Of a stretch of DNA of 64,000 bases, positions 61,736-64,000 are shown in pieces. Under the pieces are notes generated by a model that was given only the letters and a program-made list of their open reading frames with translations, did no database searches and had not been told where the DNA came from. A program made the position numbers and the translations under genes. The first letter of the stretch is position 1. Each line of letters starts with the position of its first letter. Source of the stretch: Antedon mediterranea. Taxonomy: Eukaryota; Animalia; Echinodermata. The stretch covers positions 34,110,304 to 34,174,303 of the forward strand of contig NC_092671.1 of assembly GCF_964355755.1 (NCBI RefSeq), in the 5' to 3' direction.

Positions 61736-62766
61736 TTAAGCAAAATAAGCAGCTTAAGCAGAGACTTCACAGGGAAAGGATTCGTTGCTAATAAGCAACT
61801 AATCAGCACAACATAGCAATACATTTGAATTTAAATAAAATAACTAAGTTTTATCGATGGGTGTCTTTAAAATATAAATTCAAGGTTCAGAATAAATAGT
61901 TCAAAATTTAGATTGAAATCAAATAATATTACTTTATTAATCTTTTTACCATATTTTCTCTGATAGTAATCAAAATATAGGCCTACATAGGTACATTAAA
62001 GATGAAAATGGGCCACATAAACCCGCAAGGCTTATAAAGATGTGGAAACCATAATAGTAGGCCTAAATGAATGAGTAATTACACAGTAAGCAAAATTGAA
62101 ACGATAAAATTAAGGGTAATAGGGCCTACATAATAATATATAATAATACATGTTTAGTAAACTAAAAGTTAATACATATTTCGTTAACAAAAAAAGATGT
62201 TAACATCATTATGATTAATAGATCAATACTCTATTATTTCTACTACATTTTAATTCATAAAAAAAAATGGGTACAGAGTCTGAATTAGTATCTAGATCAC
62301 CGGTAAATAATATTAGGCTGCCAGTTATTGATTTAAACAATGTTTAAATGCGAAGGCTTGTTAATATGCTTCCTTCTTCGTGGTAAATTAACGGCGAACT
62401 GTACTAAAAAAGAAGACACATTTGCTTCGGCCTCCAAGCGATTATATAAAACACATTGTTTTCAGTGGGGTTTTATCGCAGGACATGTCTCGGGGTAATG
62501 GTATCGAGATCGTCACGGGCTATATATTGAACTATGCCCCAGTCAAATGTATATTGGCCTAATATGCATTAAAGCAGAATAATGCATGTCTGTGTACATT
62601 ATTATAATGAAAGAAAAACAATGTAAATAAGTTAAACATTTTGGCAACATAAATTTTAGATAGGCCATTACTTTAATTATTTTTCTTGAGCCCAAAGAAA
62701 TATATTTATTACATTTTCGTTATCCGTGCTCTTAAATTGCTCAGAAAAAACGTCCCCTTTTTTAGT

Positions 62767-62953
62767 AAACCAAATATAAACAGGTTAAAACCAAATATAA
62801 ACAGGTTAAAACCAAATATAAACAGGTTAAAACCAAATATAAACAGGTTAAAACAAAATATAGACAGGTTAAAACCAAATATAGACAGGTTAAAACCAAA
62901 TATAAACAGGTTAAAACAAAATATAAACAGGTTAAAACCAAATATAAACAGGT
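62767..62953 (+). repeat. 21-bp minisatellite, about 9 copies
   Basis: aaaccaaatataaacaggtta. Confidence 0.95.
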
Positions 62954-63153
62954 TCCGAATTATGACATTAGGTTACGTATCATAATCAGCAACCATGACT
63001 AATACAATTAATAAAAACCAAGTACGAAAGGATATGTAAACATTTTCTCAGTCGGTCAACCATGTGCTTTTTTAAAATGATAAACGAGTTATGGCGAACA
63101 CGCACAGTATACATCAACTGAAAGAAAAAATAATATTTTAGGAACTGTATCTT

Positions 63154-63400
63154 GGAGTTGTGGCTTGGTGGTTATGATGCTTGGCTACCAATCCAAGGGT
63201 ACTGGGTGCCTGTCGTATGTCAGTAGTTTTTCTAATTTCTAATGACCAATTACAACTCCACTCCAAAACTTGTAATAAGACATTGTTTATGTAGGGCATC
63301 TTATGTATGTTTGTCTTCTTGTGAACGGGATTGCCAACTTTAAGAAGGATAGTGAATGAATTCGCGTTTGGTTCGTCCTTGGCAAATGAAAATTTAAATT
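63154..63400 (+). mobile_element. tRNA-derived SINE, degenerate
   Basis: ggagttgTGGCTTGGTGGttatgatgcttggctaccaatcc tRNA-like head; B box not intact. Confidence 0.5.
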
Positions 63401-63601
63401 AATTTTACACTTTATTTTATATTTTACACTGTGTTTTGTCAATATATTTTGCAAGCAAAAAATGCAAAATACATGCATGAAGTAATTTTACTTTGTGTTC
63501 TTTAAAATTATGTTCTGTCGTGATACGGCGTTTTAAAAGAATGGGGACGAATGAAAAAGAATTTAGGCACACTGAATAGATTAATATTTGTTTAAGTATA
63601 C

Positions 63602-63721
63602 TTTTTTTATGGCTACATGTTGGGCCCATGTACCCATTGGAGCATTTGCAGACGCTTGTATTATCTGTTGTAACACAAGTACCACCATTCAAGCATACAC
63701 CGCAATCATCTTGAATATCAT
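63602..63721 (-). CDS. EGF-like domain exon of a gene extending beyond the right edge
   Basis: 120-nt phase 1-1 exon (ttacag acceptor, gtatac donor): DDCGVCLNGGTCVTTDNTSVCKCSNGYMGPTC. Confidence 0.8.
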
Positions 63722-64000
63722 CTGTAATAAAGAAATTAGTAATGGTATATTTAGTAAAAATAAGATGTTAGACTTGTGTCTAAAATGAATAATGGGAACT
63801 TTTATGTTTACGACCTACCACCGACTAACCTAGGTCAGGTCAATCGATGTGTCTTCCTCGTCGTCTAGACTGGACCTAAAAACTATTGAAACAAACATGT
63901 GTCGAGGTGAGGAGCAGGATATGGAACGCCATGACGGACATAACTATGTCAAGTTGACCTCGCTCGTGTTATGTAGACATCGCTCTCGTGTTATGGAGAC

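Noticed and set aside
62686-62985. ORF with repeated KPNINRL
   Set aside because: It is the translation of a 21-bp minisatellite, with no start or splice context.

Overview
AT-rich eukaryotic (animal) genomic DNA, probably a marine invertebrate deuterostome such as an echinoderm. That is an inference from the Deu/Nin-domain SINE and the TE complement. The one recognisable host locus is a spliced gene of about 19 exons (+, 21461-32209) encoding a kinase-less, LRR-less ROCO protein: tandem N-terminal death-effector domains, a ROC GTPase split by a long charged insertion, COR, a Cys-rich segment and a C-terminal MyD88-like death domain. It has a P-loop deletion (GK lost) and a frameshift in DED2. 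One EGF exon of a second gene (-) lies at the right edge. The rest is a dense nested TE landscape. LINEs: an L2 inserted antisense into another L2 tail, a Daphne/Crack-type LINE inserted antisense into a relative, a full-length Tx1 split by a MULE-like MITE, and CR1 and RTE fragments. Other retroelements: a Penelope element with inverted ends and hammerhead motifs, a Gypsy fragment and tRNA-derived SINEs. DNA elements: Helitron-like, Harbinger and Kolobok-like elements plus visible excision footprints. There are also local segmental and tandem duplications. All calls were made by eye; exon boundaries and TSDs may be off by a few bases.
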